From assembly GCA_016188495.1 (NCBI GenBank), contig JACPHU010000006.1:1857-65856 (forward strand): a stretch of DNA of 64,000 bases, given 5' to 3'. The translations under genes were made by a program, and so were the position numbers. Of this stretch, positions 48,119 through 56,408 are shown piece by piece; positions within the stretch are counted from its first letter, which is position 1, and every line of letters starts with the position of its first letter. The stretch comes from Candidatus Uhrbacteria bacterium (GTDB lineage Bacteria > Patescibacteriota > Patescibacteriia > UBA9934 > GWF2-40-263). The notes beneath the pieces were generated by a model. That model did no database searches and had not been told where the DNA came from. It saw nothing but the letters and a program-made list of their open reading frames with translations.

Positions 48119-48607
48119 TCAAGACTCCCAGATACGTCCTATTCTTCGCTCCTTTTTTTTCTGTTGTTCTTTTTGTCGGTCTTGTTGTTCTCTTTTTTTC
48201 ATTCCTTTTGATTTTTTTGTTTCTACGCGTTCTTTTTCTGGCGTTAGGGCATCACGAACCAAATGGTTAAGCCGATCCATGGCTTCCTGTTTATTTTGGC
48301 GCTGTGATCGTTCGCTTTGGCACGTGAAAATGAGCTCGTCTGCACGCGTGAGCTGACTCGCTACTTTTTGTCGTAAGAGGTTTTTTTGCTCTTCAGAGAG
48401 CGTTTTGGATGTATCAATACACCATCGTATCTCCATGTTATTGGAAGTAGTGTTGATGGCCTGTCCGCCTGGTCCTCCTCCACGTATTGCTTTTACCTGG
48501 ATCTCTTCTGTTGGAATTTCTCCTTTTTCCCAATCAAATTCTTTTGTAGATCGTTTGCACTCCTGAGTTATTTCTGGAGGCGGACCTTCTCTAAATTCTT
48601 TTGACAT
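48119..48607 (-). CDS. arfB: Alternative ribosome rescue peptidyl-tRNA hydrolase ArfB
   Basis: GGGPGGQAIN, RSQRQNK, basic C-terminal tail. Confidence 0.88.
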   Translation of the reverse strand: MSKEFREGPPPEITQECKRSTKEFDWEKGEIPTEEIQVKAIRGGGPGGQAINTTSNNMEIRWCIDTSKTLSEEQKNLLRQKVASQLTRADELIFTCQSERSQRQNKQEAMDRLNHLVRDALTPEKERVETKKSKGMKKREQQDRQKEQQKKKERRIGRIWES

Positions 48608-48704
48608 AGTGCATTTATCATAACATAGGAAAAAATATTCTTGGCAATTCTCGCTATTTCCGGCAAGCTGGAAGGACTATCAACTCATAATGAGTTTTAT
48701 CCTC

Positions 48705-48822
48705 ATATTCCCTGAGCGAGGAGTCCTCGACGAGTCGAAGGGTGCAGACGTGTTTACCCCTTCGACTCCGGTTCGTCGAACGAACCTCCGCTCAGGGGGT
48801 ATACTTTTTGATACCTCCTCAG
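48705..48822. repeat. Inverted pair of REP-like family D palindromes
   Basis: ATATTCCCTGAGCGA...GAGTCGAAGGG then CCCTTCGACTCCG...CCGCTCAGGG. Confidence 0.8.
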
Positions 48823-48880
48823 TTTGTTGCGGGGAGTGTTGTTGCCAATTTAAAGATTACGTGCAGTCAAAATGAGATTT

Positions 48881-49507
48881 ATGTATACAGGCATTATCCA
48901 AGCATTGTGTCCGGTTCTCTCTCTTGTAAGCAAACCCGGCCTTACATCCTTTACTGTGGAGTTTCCACAGAACCTTCTGTTAGGACTCCAAACCGGCGCG
49001 AGCGTGGCCATTGACGGGGTTTGTTTTACCGCGACCCTGATCCAAGATGATCAAGTGAGCTTTGATGCCATGCAGGAGACGCTCCAAAAGACAACGATTG
49101 GAGTATTGAAGCAGGGGGATGTGGTGAATATCGAACGATCTGCAAAAATGGGAGACGAGATCGGTGGACATCCTATGAGCGGTCATGTTTCCACCATGGC
49201 AGAAATCATTGACGTACAGGTATCAGAGAATAATAAGATGATGACGTTTCAGGTTGATCCAGCTTGGATGAGATTTATTTTCTCCAAAGGATTTATCGGG
49301 CTCGACGGTGCAAGCCTTACGGTTGTCGATGCTGATAAAGAGAAAGGGACATTTAAGATTTGGTTTATTCCAGAGACTTTGCGTATGACGAGATTTGGAA
49401 ATAAACAGGTGAGGGATCAGGTGAACGTTGAAATAGATTCACAGACGCAGGTTATTGTAGAAACGGTAGAGAGGGTGATGGAGAATAAGTTAAAAAAAGA
49501 TTTATAG
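48881..49507 (+). CDS. ribE: Riboflavin synthase (alpha subunit)
   Basis: MYTGII, GASVAIDGVCFT, VNIERS, GGHPMSGHV, KGFIGLDGASLT. Confidence 0.95.
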   Translation: MYTGIIQALCPVLSLVSKPGLTSFTVEFPQNLLLGLQTGASVAIDGVCFTATLIQDDQVSFDAMQETLQKTTIGVLKQGDVVNIERSAKMGDEIGGHPMSGHVSTMAEIIDVQVSENNKMMTFQVDPAWMRFIFSKGFIGLDGASLTVVDADKEKGTFKIWFIPETLRMTRFGNKQVRDQVNVEIDSQTQVIVETVERVMENKLKKDL

Positions 49508-49514
49508 TATAGAT

Positions 49515-49916
49515 ATGTCTAAAAATATCGCCATCGTTTTAGGTTCCTTCCACAAACAAGAGGTTACTCAAATGCTTGAGTGTGCTCGCGTGACCGCTCG
49601 GGAACAGGGACTTACGATTGTTGAGGAGGTCTGGGTTCATGGGTCCATGGAGAAACCTCTCGCGTTGAAACGTCTGTTAATGCGAGATGATGTTGATGGC
49701 GCTGTTGCATTGGGAATTATTGAACGAGGACAAACCAAACACGGTCTTGTCATGGGTGAGGTTGTCTATGACGCCATCGTCCGTCTCCAGTTAGAATTCA
49801 TGAAACCGATCGGTCTGGGCATTTTAGGCCCGGAGATTCTTCCAGAACAAATTCCTCCGCGTTTAGATCCTTATGCAAGAGAGGCTGTGATCGCCACAGC
49901 CCAGATGCTTAAATAG
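49515..49916 (+). CDS. ribH: 6,7-dimethyl-8-ribityllumazine synthase
   Basis: VHGSMEKP, GAVALGII.RGQTKH, KPIGLGIL. Confidence 0.9.
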   Translation: MSKNIAIVLGSFHKQEVTQMLECARVTAREQGLTIVEEVWVHGSMEKPLALKRLLMRDDVDGAVALGIIERGQTKHGLVMGEVVYDAIVRLQLEFMKPIGLGILGPEILPEQIPPRLDPYAREAVIATAQMLK

Positions 49917-49930
49917 GATTCCTGATAATA

Positions 49931-49974
49931 ATATTCCCTGAGCGAAGCGACCCAAGGGAGCGGAGTCGAAGGGG
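49931..49974. repeat. REP-like family D palindrome
   Basis: ATATTCCCTGAGCGA...CGGAGTCGAAGGGG. Confidence 0.75.
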
Positions 49975-50054
49975 CATAAACGGAAGTTTTGCTTCCGTTT
50001 TTATAATCCACTTGTAACAAAAAATCCTCACGTCACACACATGAGGATGAAGAG

Positions 50055-51146
50055 TCAGTGGAGCCAGGTTTGAAGATCGTGATAGGTCACGAAGACCGTC
50101 ACAGCAAACAGGATCAACACACTCGCGATGACACAACCGTCCACTATCGCTTCCGGGAGGGCGTAGCGTCTACCAAACAGGGCAGGGATGGTCAAAAGGA
50201 TTCGTCCTCCGTCCAGCACCGGAATCGGCAACAAATTGAAGAAAATGAGGGAAAGAGACAGTCCCCATCCGTATAGAAGCAGATCCGCGATCCCTTTTTC
50301 CGCTTCCTTCATGCCGATGCGGACGATTTCCACAGGCCCTCCTACTGTATTTTTGGAATCTTTTCGGAACAGGTCCGAGATAATTTCTGGAAGCTGCTGC
50401 GTGACGATCACCATGGTGCCAAGTGTAAATAGGCTGGCGGCGGGGACCGTCCATACGCTCGTCACCTTCCACGCCTGATCTTGTTTCATCGCAAAAGCGA
50501 TGTTCGTACCCTTGGGCACACGAATGATGATCGGCTCCGGTTCGTTTTCTCTCCGGAACTGTATAGCGAGCTCGGCAGAAGACACCTGTTCCAGAAGACG
50601 GAGAGTTTCTTTGGAAGTTGTGCAGGAATGATCGTTTACATGTTCCAGAACGTCTCCTGGGCGGATTCCTTGTGTGTAAAGCCACGAAACTTCTTTCATT
50701 TCCGAGACAAATACTTTCGGATCTGTGACCTGCACCATGTTCCGAAGTTCCGGGTGCTGTTCCAGAACCGCCTCGGCGTCGTGACGACCTCCAAGGGAGA
50801 GAAAGATCGTCATGATCATAATGGCACCGACCAGATTTCCCACGACCCCGCTAATCAAAATAACGATCTGTTTGAAGGCGGATGCCTCGACAAAAGCACC
50901 TGTCGGGTCTTCTCCCTGTTCCAGTTCCATTCGGTGCATCCCTTTCAGCGTGACAAATCCTCCCAGCCAAAAGAGCCGCAGAACCCACCGAGTGTTTCGC
51001 CCTTGGTATGACCAAAGAGCGGGACCCATCCCAAGGGAAAATTCTTTGACCTGGACGCCGCAGATTCGTGCGGCAAGAAAATGTCCGAGTTCATGGATGA
51101 AAATCAGGCAGGCCAACAAGGCCAGAATCGCGATAAAATCGTTCAT
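50055..51146 (-). CDS. rseP: RseP-like M50 site-2 metalloprotease with PDZ domain
   Basis: HELGH, FSLGMGP, LGGFV, NLLPIPVLDGG. Confidence 0.9.
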   Translation of the reverse strand: MNDFIAILALLACLIFIHELGHFLAARICGVQVKEFSLGMGPALWSYQGRNTRWVLRLFWLGGFVTLKGMHRMELEQGEDPTGAFVEASAFKQIVILISGVVGNLVGAIMIMTIFLSLGGRHDAEAVLEQHPELRNMVQVTDPKVFVSEMKEVSWLYTQGIRPGDVLEHVNDHSCTTSKETLRLLEQVSSAELAIQFRRENEPEPIIIRVPKGTNIAFAMKQDQAWKVTSVWTVPAASLFTLGTMVIVTQQLPEIISDLFRKDSKNTVGGPVEIVRIGMKEAEKGIADLLLYGWGLSLSLIFFNLLPIPVLDGGRILLTIPALFGRRYALPEAIVDGCVIASVLILFAVTVFVTYHDLQTWLH

Positions 51147-51338
51147 TGTGAGCCACCTTTTTGTTTTGTAGGTGTATAAAGGACGAAGAAGAACCTTGGT
51201 GAGATTGTATGAAATTCGCTGTCCTGTCAATGGACTTGACAGAGGGTTAAGAGGAGAGTAACTTAGTGTGTGTAAGACACTATAAAGCGTTTTACCCCAT
51301 AAAATAAGGAGACTTTTGGGTAACTTTGACACGTTCTA

Positions 51339-51367
51339 TTGACAAAAACACTGAAATCGGGTATAGT
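51339..51367 (+). promoter_or_regulatory. Sigma70 promoter of the GC-rich island
   Basis: TTGACA-17bp-TATAGT. Confidence 0.7.
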
Positions 51368-51530
51368 GCTCTCTTCGTTCATTGGCAAAGTCTGGCTTGC
51401 CACGCCTTAAATACTCTTACATCAAAGTATTTAGAGCGCGGTAAGTCAGTAATAAAAAAAGTAGTTGATAGTCACCGGCATGGTTGTTGGTGGCTCAGAA
51501 ATCCAATCCCGAAAGGGAAGGAGAAAGCAA

Positions 51531-52613
51531 ATGTTGAATGAACAGTTCAAGGTCGCTCTGGTTGCCGAAGGTGTCAACGAGGAGAATCTCAAGCTCCTCG
51601 AGTCTCAGGAGCTGTGTGATGTCAGCGATTTCGCGACCCTGCAGCCTGCGGATCTGACTGTCGTCGGAATGAAGCTCGGTGGGATCAATAAGGTCTTCAG
51701 GGTTGTTCGAAGACTGGCGGCTCCCGTGGCCTCCACTCCGGCTCCGGAAGTTCAGATTCCCGTGACTCAGGTGACCCCGGTGTCCCTTCCTCCGGTCGTT
51801 CCGGTTCAGGTGGCTCCCGTGGCCCATGCTCCGGTTTCCTCCGGTGGGGGAGATCTGGGTACGCTGTTTTCGACGCTGATTCCGCCCCAGACCCCGCAGG
51901 AAGCGGCCGAAAGGCTCTGTCGTGCCCCGAGTGACGCAAAGAGCCAGGAGTACTGGAGGCAGTTCTTCGGTCAGGAGACCCTGATCGTCTCCTCGACTCC
52001 GGGCTCCATCGATCGCGACAAGACCATGGAAGCGGTCGAAATCTGGGTGACCTCCGGTGAGGCTCCTTCGGAGCTCGATGGAGTGCCTCTGCTGAGCATC
52101 AGCGAGTTCCTCCAGTCCACCTTCGGTGCGTGCCCCTTCACCGGGGACCGTATCATCCGAGGTGGGATGTCGCTGAAGACCAACGTTCACTACGGGTTCT
52201 TGCTCGGGAATGATGTTTCGCTCTCGGCGATCCAGAATAGCCCCGGAATGAACTTCGTGGCGTTCGCCGCCGAAACCGGCAAGATCACCCGCGACCTTCA
52301 GACCTGGAAGACGCGGATGCTCGAGCTTCGCAGCATGGTCCAGGGCAAGGATATCTCCAGCCCCACGGCCATCAAGGCGGCCGTCGCCGGATCCGCGTGG
52401 GATGAAGTCGCGACCGACTACATCCGTGACGCCAATTCCGGTGGTGTCGTCGCCATGCGCGCTCGGGCACGGCTGGTGACCCAGGCCAAGCGACGGACCG
52501 TTCGGGCCCGCAACGACCTGTCGGGAATCGGAGAGGCTCTGACCTCCGGTTTCGACAAGGTCACCCGCCAGGACGGCTCCGTCCCCCGTCGGGATTTCGA
52601 ATCCCGCGGCTGA
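51531..52613 (+). CDS. Hypothetical protein with N-terminal SAM-like domain and Pro/Val-rich linker
   Basis: RBS AAGGAG; LQPADLTVVGMKLGGINKV fits the SAM pattern L...DL..lGi.lG...K; GC-rich codon usage. Confidence 0.7.
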   Translation: MLNEQFKVALVAEGVNEENLKLLESQELCDVSDFATLQPADLTVVGMKLGGINKVFRVVRRLAAPVASTPAPEVQIPVTQVTPVSLPPVVPVQVAPVAHAPVSSGGGDLGTLFSTLIPPQTPQEAAERLCRAPSDAKSQEYWRQFFGQETLIVSSTPGSIDRDKTMEAVEIWVTSGEAPSELDGVPLLSISEFLQSTFGACPFTGDRIIRGGMSLKTNVHYGFLLGNDVSLSAIQNSPGMNFVAFAAETGKITRDLQTWKTRMLELRSMVQGKDISSPTAIKAAVAGSAWDEVATDYIRDANSGGVVAMRARARLVTQAKRRTVRARNDLSGIGEALTSGFDKVTRQDGSVPRRDFESRG

Positions 52614-52716
52614 TAGATCGATCAACTCCGTCGGTTCCGACCATGACGGCGCAAGGGTAGCACTCAGTGCCCGGTGTCTGGTTGGACCTTCGGCCATTAC
52701 TCTATTACCCCTACGA

Positions 52717-52742
52717 AGGGAGTCCCCTGGACTCCCTTTTTC
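52717..52742 (+). terminator. Intrinsic terminator
   Basis: AAGGGAGTCC-CCT-GGACTCCCTTTTT. Confidence 0.75.
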
Positions 52743-52856
52743 ACTAGGCGATTTATTTTCAAAATGAATCGTGTAGCGAAAGCATGTAGGCTTTCAATCA
52801 GTATTTTAGATCGGTCCTTTTGGATCGATTGTGTTCACAACAAAGGAGAGAATTCA

Positions 52857-54014
52857 ATGTCCAAACCCAATGAACTCAGACATGACAACCTAGTAATCGG
52901 GGTGAATTTTCCGGTCAAGTCGACTAACGCCGGGACAGGGTTGGTGGGTGGCTTCCCCTGGCCGGTACACAATGCGGCCGACTATAAGGACCGTGTTCCT
53001 GCCGCGTGGTTATCGGCCATGGGGCCTCGTCATGTGATCTTTTTCCTGGGTGCACCTGACCCGACCCGTCATTTTGATGAACAGGGTCTTGCCGAGCACG
53101 AGGTGGAACTGGATCAGAACGGCTGTCCCCGCGATCGTGAGATGTGGTTTGATTTTCAGGGGATGAATACCCTTGATCGTCACGTTGCTGTTGTGCTCGG
53201 TGTCCAGGGACTCAATGCTCTGACCGGACTTCCGACTTCTTCGGAACACAAGAGAGGACTGTACAACGGTCCCGGGTGTCCGAAACCCGAGCAGTATCCG
53301 GATGTTTGTCCGGTGCACGGTACCCCGTTCGAAGATCATCGGCGGATGTGTTCGGACTGTGGGTTCGAGTGGCCGTATCAGAATTACGTCACCAACTCCG
53401 TGACCGATCCAATGTTCCGCTTCTGGTGGGATGGGTGGCGCGGGGCGGACGGCAAGATCCAGCAATTCGCCATGCGTCCGGCTTCGGCTGGTGTCGGCGT
53501 GGCCCAGCAGGTGCTGGGCGAGGATCGTGCGCTGGGACTGAGTCTGGCTGTGTTTCTCAAGAAGCGACCCAAGCCGGCTCCGGTTTCCTCCTATCGTCAC
53601 TCCGATTTCCTCGAGTCTGACATCGTTTCCAAAGGGTTTTTGGGAGGTGGTGGAAAGAAGGTCTATTCTTTTGGAATGGGCGGAGAAGAGGAGGAAGAGG
53701 TGTATCGTTCGCCCACCCTCGGAACCACACGCGAGGCCACTCGTGGAGACACTACTCGAGGTGGTGTCCTGGGCGGCCGTCCTTCCGTTTCTCGGATCGG
53801 TGCTCCGTCTCGGATGGAGTTCGTCGCCGGTCGAACGGTCTTTCAGAAACTCTATTCCGATAATTCCACCCTGGACGAGTGGAGGGATGAACCCGAGGTG
53901 ACCTTCACCTTGATTCCCGTGGACATGGCGTGGGCGGCCGAGGTAACCAAGTACGGTCCCACCACGCGACAAGTTGCCACCGGACCGTTCGCGGGTCTCA
54001 AGAGCGTCGGCTGA
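52857..54014 (+). CDS. Conserved-looking hypothetical protein with inserted Zn ribbon
   Basis: RBS AAAGGAG; CPVH...CSDC; blocks EMWFDF, NALTG, QNYV, WWDG, IQQF. Confidence 0.7.
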   Translation: MSKPNELRHDNLVIGVNFPVKSTNAGTGLVGGFPWPVHNAADYKDRVPAAWLSAMGPRHVIFFLGAPDPTRHFDEQGLAEHEVELDQNGCPRDREMWFDFQGMNTLDRHVAVVLGVQGLNALTGLPTSSEHKRGLYNGPGCPKPEQYPDVCPVHGTPFEDHRRMCSDCGFEWPYQNYVTNSVTDPMFRFWWDGWRGADGKIQQFAMRPASAGVGVAQQVLGEDRALGLSLAVFLKKRPKPAPVSSYRHSDFLESDIVSKGFLGGGGKKVYSFGMGGEEEEEVYRSPTLGTTREATRGDTTRGGVLGGRPSVSRIGAPSRMEFVAGRTVFQKLYSDNSTLDEWRDEPEVTFTLIPVDMAWAAEVTKYGPTTRQVATGPFAGLKSVG

Positions 54015-54164
54015 TTTCCGACGTAACACGGTCAAGATCGATTCCCACGGAGTCGGCCCTTGACCCTTTTCTTGGGAAGAGAAGAGGAGTAATCCTTTGG
54101 CTCTTCTGAAGAGAAGAAATTTGCTTTCGACCTTTACAAATGAAGTTGAGATAAGGAGGTTTAG

Positions 54165-55004
54165 ATGAAAGGCAATAACACAGAGGCGACCTACTATCCT
54201 GGTAAGTCAGTGGCGAAAACCCCGCATTATGAGCTGTTTTACTGTGAGACCGAGAACGGTCGGCAGTGTCTCATGCAGATCGCTAAAGCACCGGAACACA
54301 ACGGGGTACTCGATCGGTTCGCATATGTGCTGCGCGAGCTCAAGCATAAGGCAGACGAGCTCGAAGAAGAACATGAAGAGAAGAAAAAGGATCCTGCTAA
54401 TGGGATTCCTGCTCACGTGTTCTTGAATTACGATCTTGGTTTCCCCCAGGTCGTCGACAGTTTCATCAGTTCCGAACAGGGTGGATGTCGAATCAATATC
54501 TTGGCCTTTAGGGAAGTTGAGCGCGTGTCTGACATGCACCCTCTGGCAAAGTATATTCGAGTGGCCAATGAGCGGTGCGATCTGCGAACCAGTATCTGGA
54601 TCATGGGCAGGACGCTCAAGTTGATCGATCTGGTGCATATGATGGGATTTTCTCTTCAGGAGATGAAGACAGGTAATATTCTCATTCAGCCTGAAGAACA
54701 TCACGTTGTGCTGTTTAATCCTGGCATTCAAATGTGTCCGGGAGAAGTTCCTTTGGAACAGCGGCGCAAGGAGATTGCTCAGGCGACCACGTCGGTTATT
54801 CAGTTGTTGGGCGGCAATATTCTTACACGAGAATTCCCCCAAGATCTCAAGTCGGAGATTGGGTGTAAGGAATATACGGATCATCTCCTCATGCTGGCCG
54901 CCGGAGGAGAATACGACGCCCATGCGGCGTATCGTCGTTTCTATCAGCTTATTGATCGGTTTTGGGAGCGGAAGTTTCATCGTGCTCAGTTTTTGGCACG
55001 CTGA
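54165..55004 (+). CDS. Protein-kinase-like fold protein with degenerate catalytic motifs (pseudokinase)
   Basis: RBS AAGGAGG; LIDLVHMMGFSLQEMKTGNILIQPEEHHVVLFN aligns to subdomains VIa-VII without the catalytic Asp or DFG. Confidence 0.65.
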   Translation: MKGNNTEATYYPGKSVAKTPHYELFYCETENGRQCLMQIAKAPEHNGVLDRFAYVLRELKHKADELEEEHEEKKKDPANGIPAHVFLNYDLGFPQVVDSFISSEQGGCRINILAFREVERVSDMHPLAKYIRVANERCDLRTSIWIMGRTLKLIDLVHMMGFSLQEMKTGNILIQPEEHHVVLFNPGIQMCPGEVPLEQRRKEIAQATTSVIQLLGGNILTREFPQDLKSEIGCKEYTDHLLMLAAGGEYDAHAAYRRFYQLIDRFWERKFHRAQFLAR

Positions 55005-55040
55005 AAATAGACGAAACATGAACGAAAAGGGAGAGAAAAA

Positions 55041-56180
55041 ATGGGAAATCGTACCCCGTCTCGTGATACGTATGAAGAGGCAAAATCGACATATGTTCCG
55101 GATTCTGGACCTGCTACAGCTCGCGCTGAACAACAAGCGCGAAGGACAGGAAAACTTCATCCGCTGGTTGATCCGGCGGAATTCGGAGTGATCCGCCCTT
55201 CGCATATGCGAATGAAACAGCTTCTAAACGGGCTTTGGTCTGTGAATGTAGGAACACCATTGCCACGTCAGCGGCGCGTAGATACGACGGCCAGTATGGG
55301 TAATAACGTCGATGTGGTTCTTGGTGTCTTGCAGGATGCGTACGAGCTGGCTATGCAGGTTCTGCCTGTTGGGTATGACCTGCAGGAAGCCAATGAGATC
55401 TTCGGAGATATACAAGATAGGTTTGTGCTTTGCCGTTCGCAGTTTGAGATGCTCTCTGAGCGGATCGTGGAGCAGCTGACCTTGATGGTTCCTGAGCGTG
55501 ATGGCGGAGATGTTCCAGAAGACCCTCACTACGGGTTGTTTGGAGCAGCCTACTTGACCGATGCCTATATTAATCGCATCGGTCTTAAGGGTTACGACTT
55601 CACCGTCTCTGATGCAGAGGCTCGATACGAGTTGGAGGCACGACATCTTCGTCGAATTTTCGGAGATCAGGTCTTCGATAAGACGAAGGAAAACGGTTAC
55701 GATATTGATCCTCGGCATCTTCCCAGCACCAAAGAGGTGGTTCGTGAGCTTGCCAAACGATCTCATTATTTCTTCCTTCAGATCAAGTCCTCTTCACAGG
55801 CGACTCGTTTCTGGACGGATGTGTTCGGTTCTGAACGGGTCGTGCTGGTACCAGATGCCAAATATGTCCCTCATATTGAAGCCGTGATCATGGGTCTGAC
55901 CGAAGGGACCCTGAGTCTGTCGGACGTCACTCCGTTTCTCATGAAGAATGGCGTCGATCGCAATGACGCTCAACGAATCGTCCGGGCTGTGGGACATATT
56001 CCGATCGGCGCGCAGGCTGCTTTGCCCAACGTTGCCCGGCGTCCCAAAGCAGGTGACCTGTTTCGAGAGAAGCCTGTCGGTACGCAGACCAGTCCTTGGC
56101 CGCTGACCCCCGAGGAAATCGCCGCGTTTAATCTCGACTCTTCGGCAGAGCAGGACGAAGGCGAGATCAGCTGGGTCTGA
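55041..56180 (+). CDS. vWA-like domain protein
   Basis: MIDAS-like DTTASMG, GDIQD, QFE, GGDVPED, KGYDFTVSD. Confidence 0.7.
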   Translation: MGNRTPSRDTYEEAKSTYVPDSGPATARAEQQARRTGKLHPLVDPAEFGVIRPSHMRMKQLLNGLWSVNVGTPLPRQRRVDTTASMGNNVDVVLGVLQDAYELAMQVLPVGYDLQEANEIFGDIQDRFVLCRSQFEMLSERIVEQLTLMVPERDGGDVPEDPHYGLFGAAYLTDAYINRIGLKGYDFTVSDAEARYELEARHLRRIFGDQVFDKTKENGYDIDPRHLPSTKEVVRELAKRSHYFFLQIKSSSQATRFWTDVFGSERVVLVPDAKYVPHIEAVIMGLTEGTLSLSDVTPFLMKNGVDRNDAQRIVRAVGHIPIGAQAALPNVARRPKAGDLFREKPVGTQTSPWPLTPEEIAAFNLDSSAEQDEGEISWV

Positions 56181-56188
56181 GGTAACAA

Positions 56189-56235
56189 CCCGCCCGACTG
56201 AACGACGAGGAGTTCTGTTCAGTCGTTCGGGCAAG
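56189..56235. mobile_element. Family B palindromic mini-element (right end degenerate)
   Basis: CCCGCCCGACTGAACGACGAGGAGTTCTGTTCAGTCGTTCGGGC. Confidence 0.7.
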
Positions 56236-56408
56236 CGCGGTCGAAGTGATTCCATAGGGAGTCATTTCGACCTTTTTTTGAAGAGAGAAAAGAATAGAGA
56301 ATAGTCTTTTTACTCTCTTGAAAAGAAGGAAGTGTTGAATCGATACGGCCTTCGATAGGCTCAGGCAATAATGAGGTTTTTCAACATTTTTCATTGAGGA
56401 GATGATCC

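Noticed and set aside
48660-48880. FMN riboswitch upstream of ribE
   Set aside because: RFN consensus not seen; the region is explained by REP-like palindromes
51495-55205. Long antisense ORFs (400, 341 and 332 aa) opposite the island genes
   Set aside because: Shadow frames of codon-biased genes; the + strand ORFs have the RBSs and motifs
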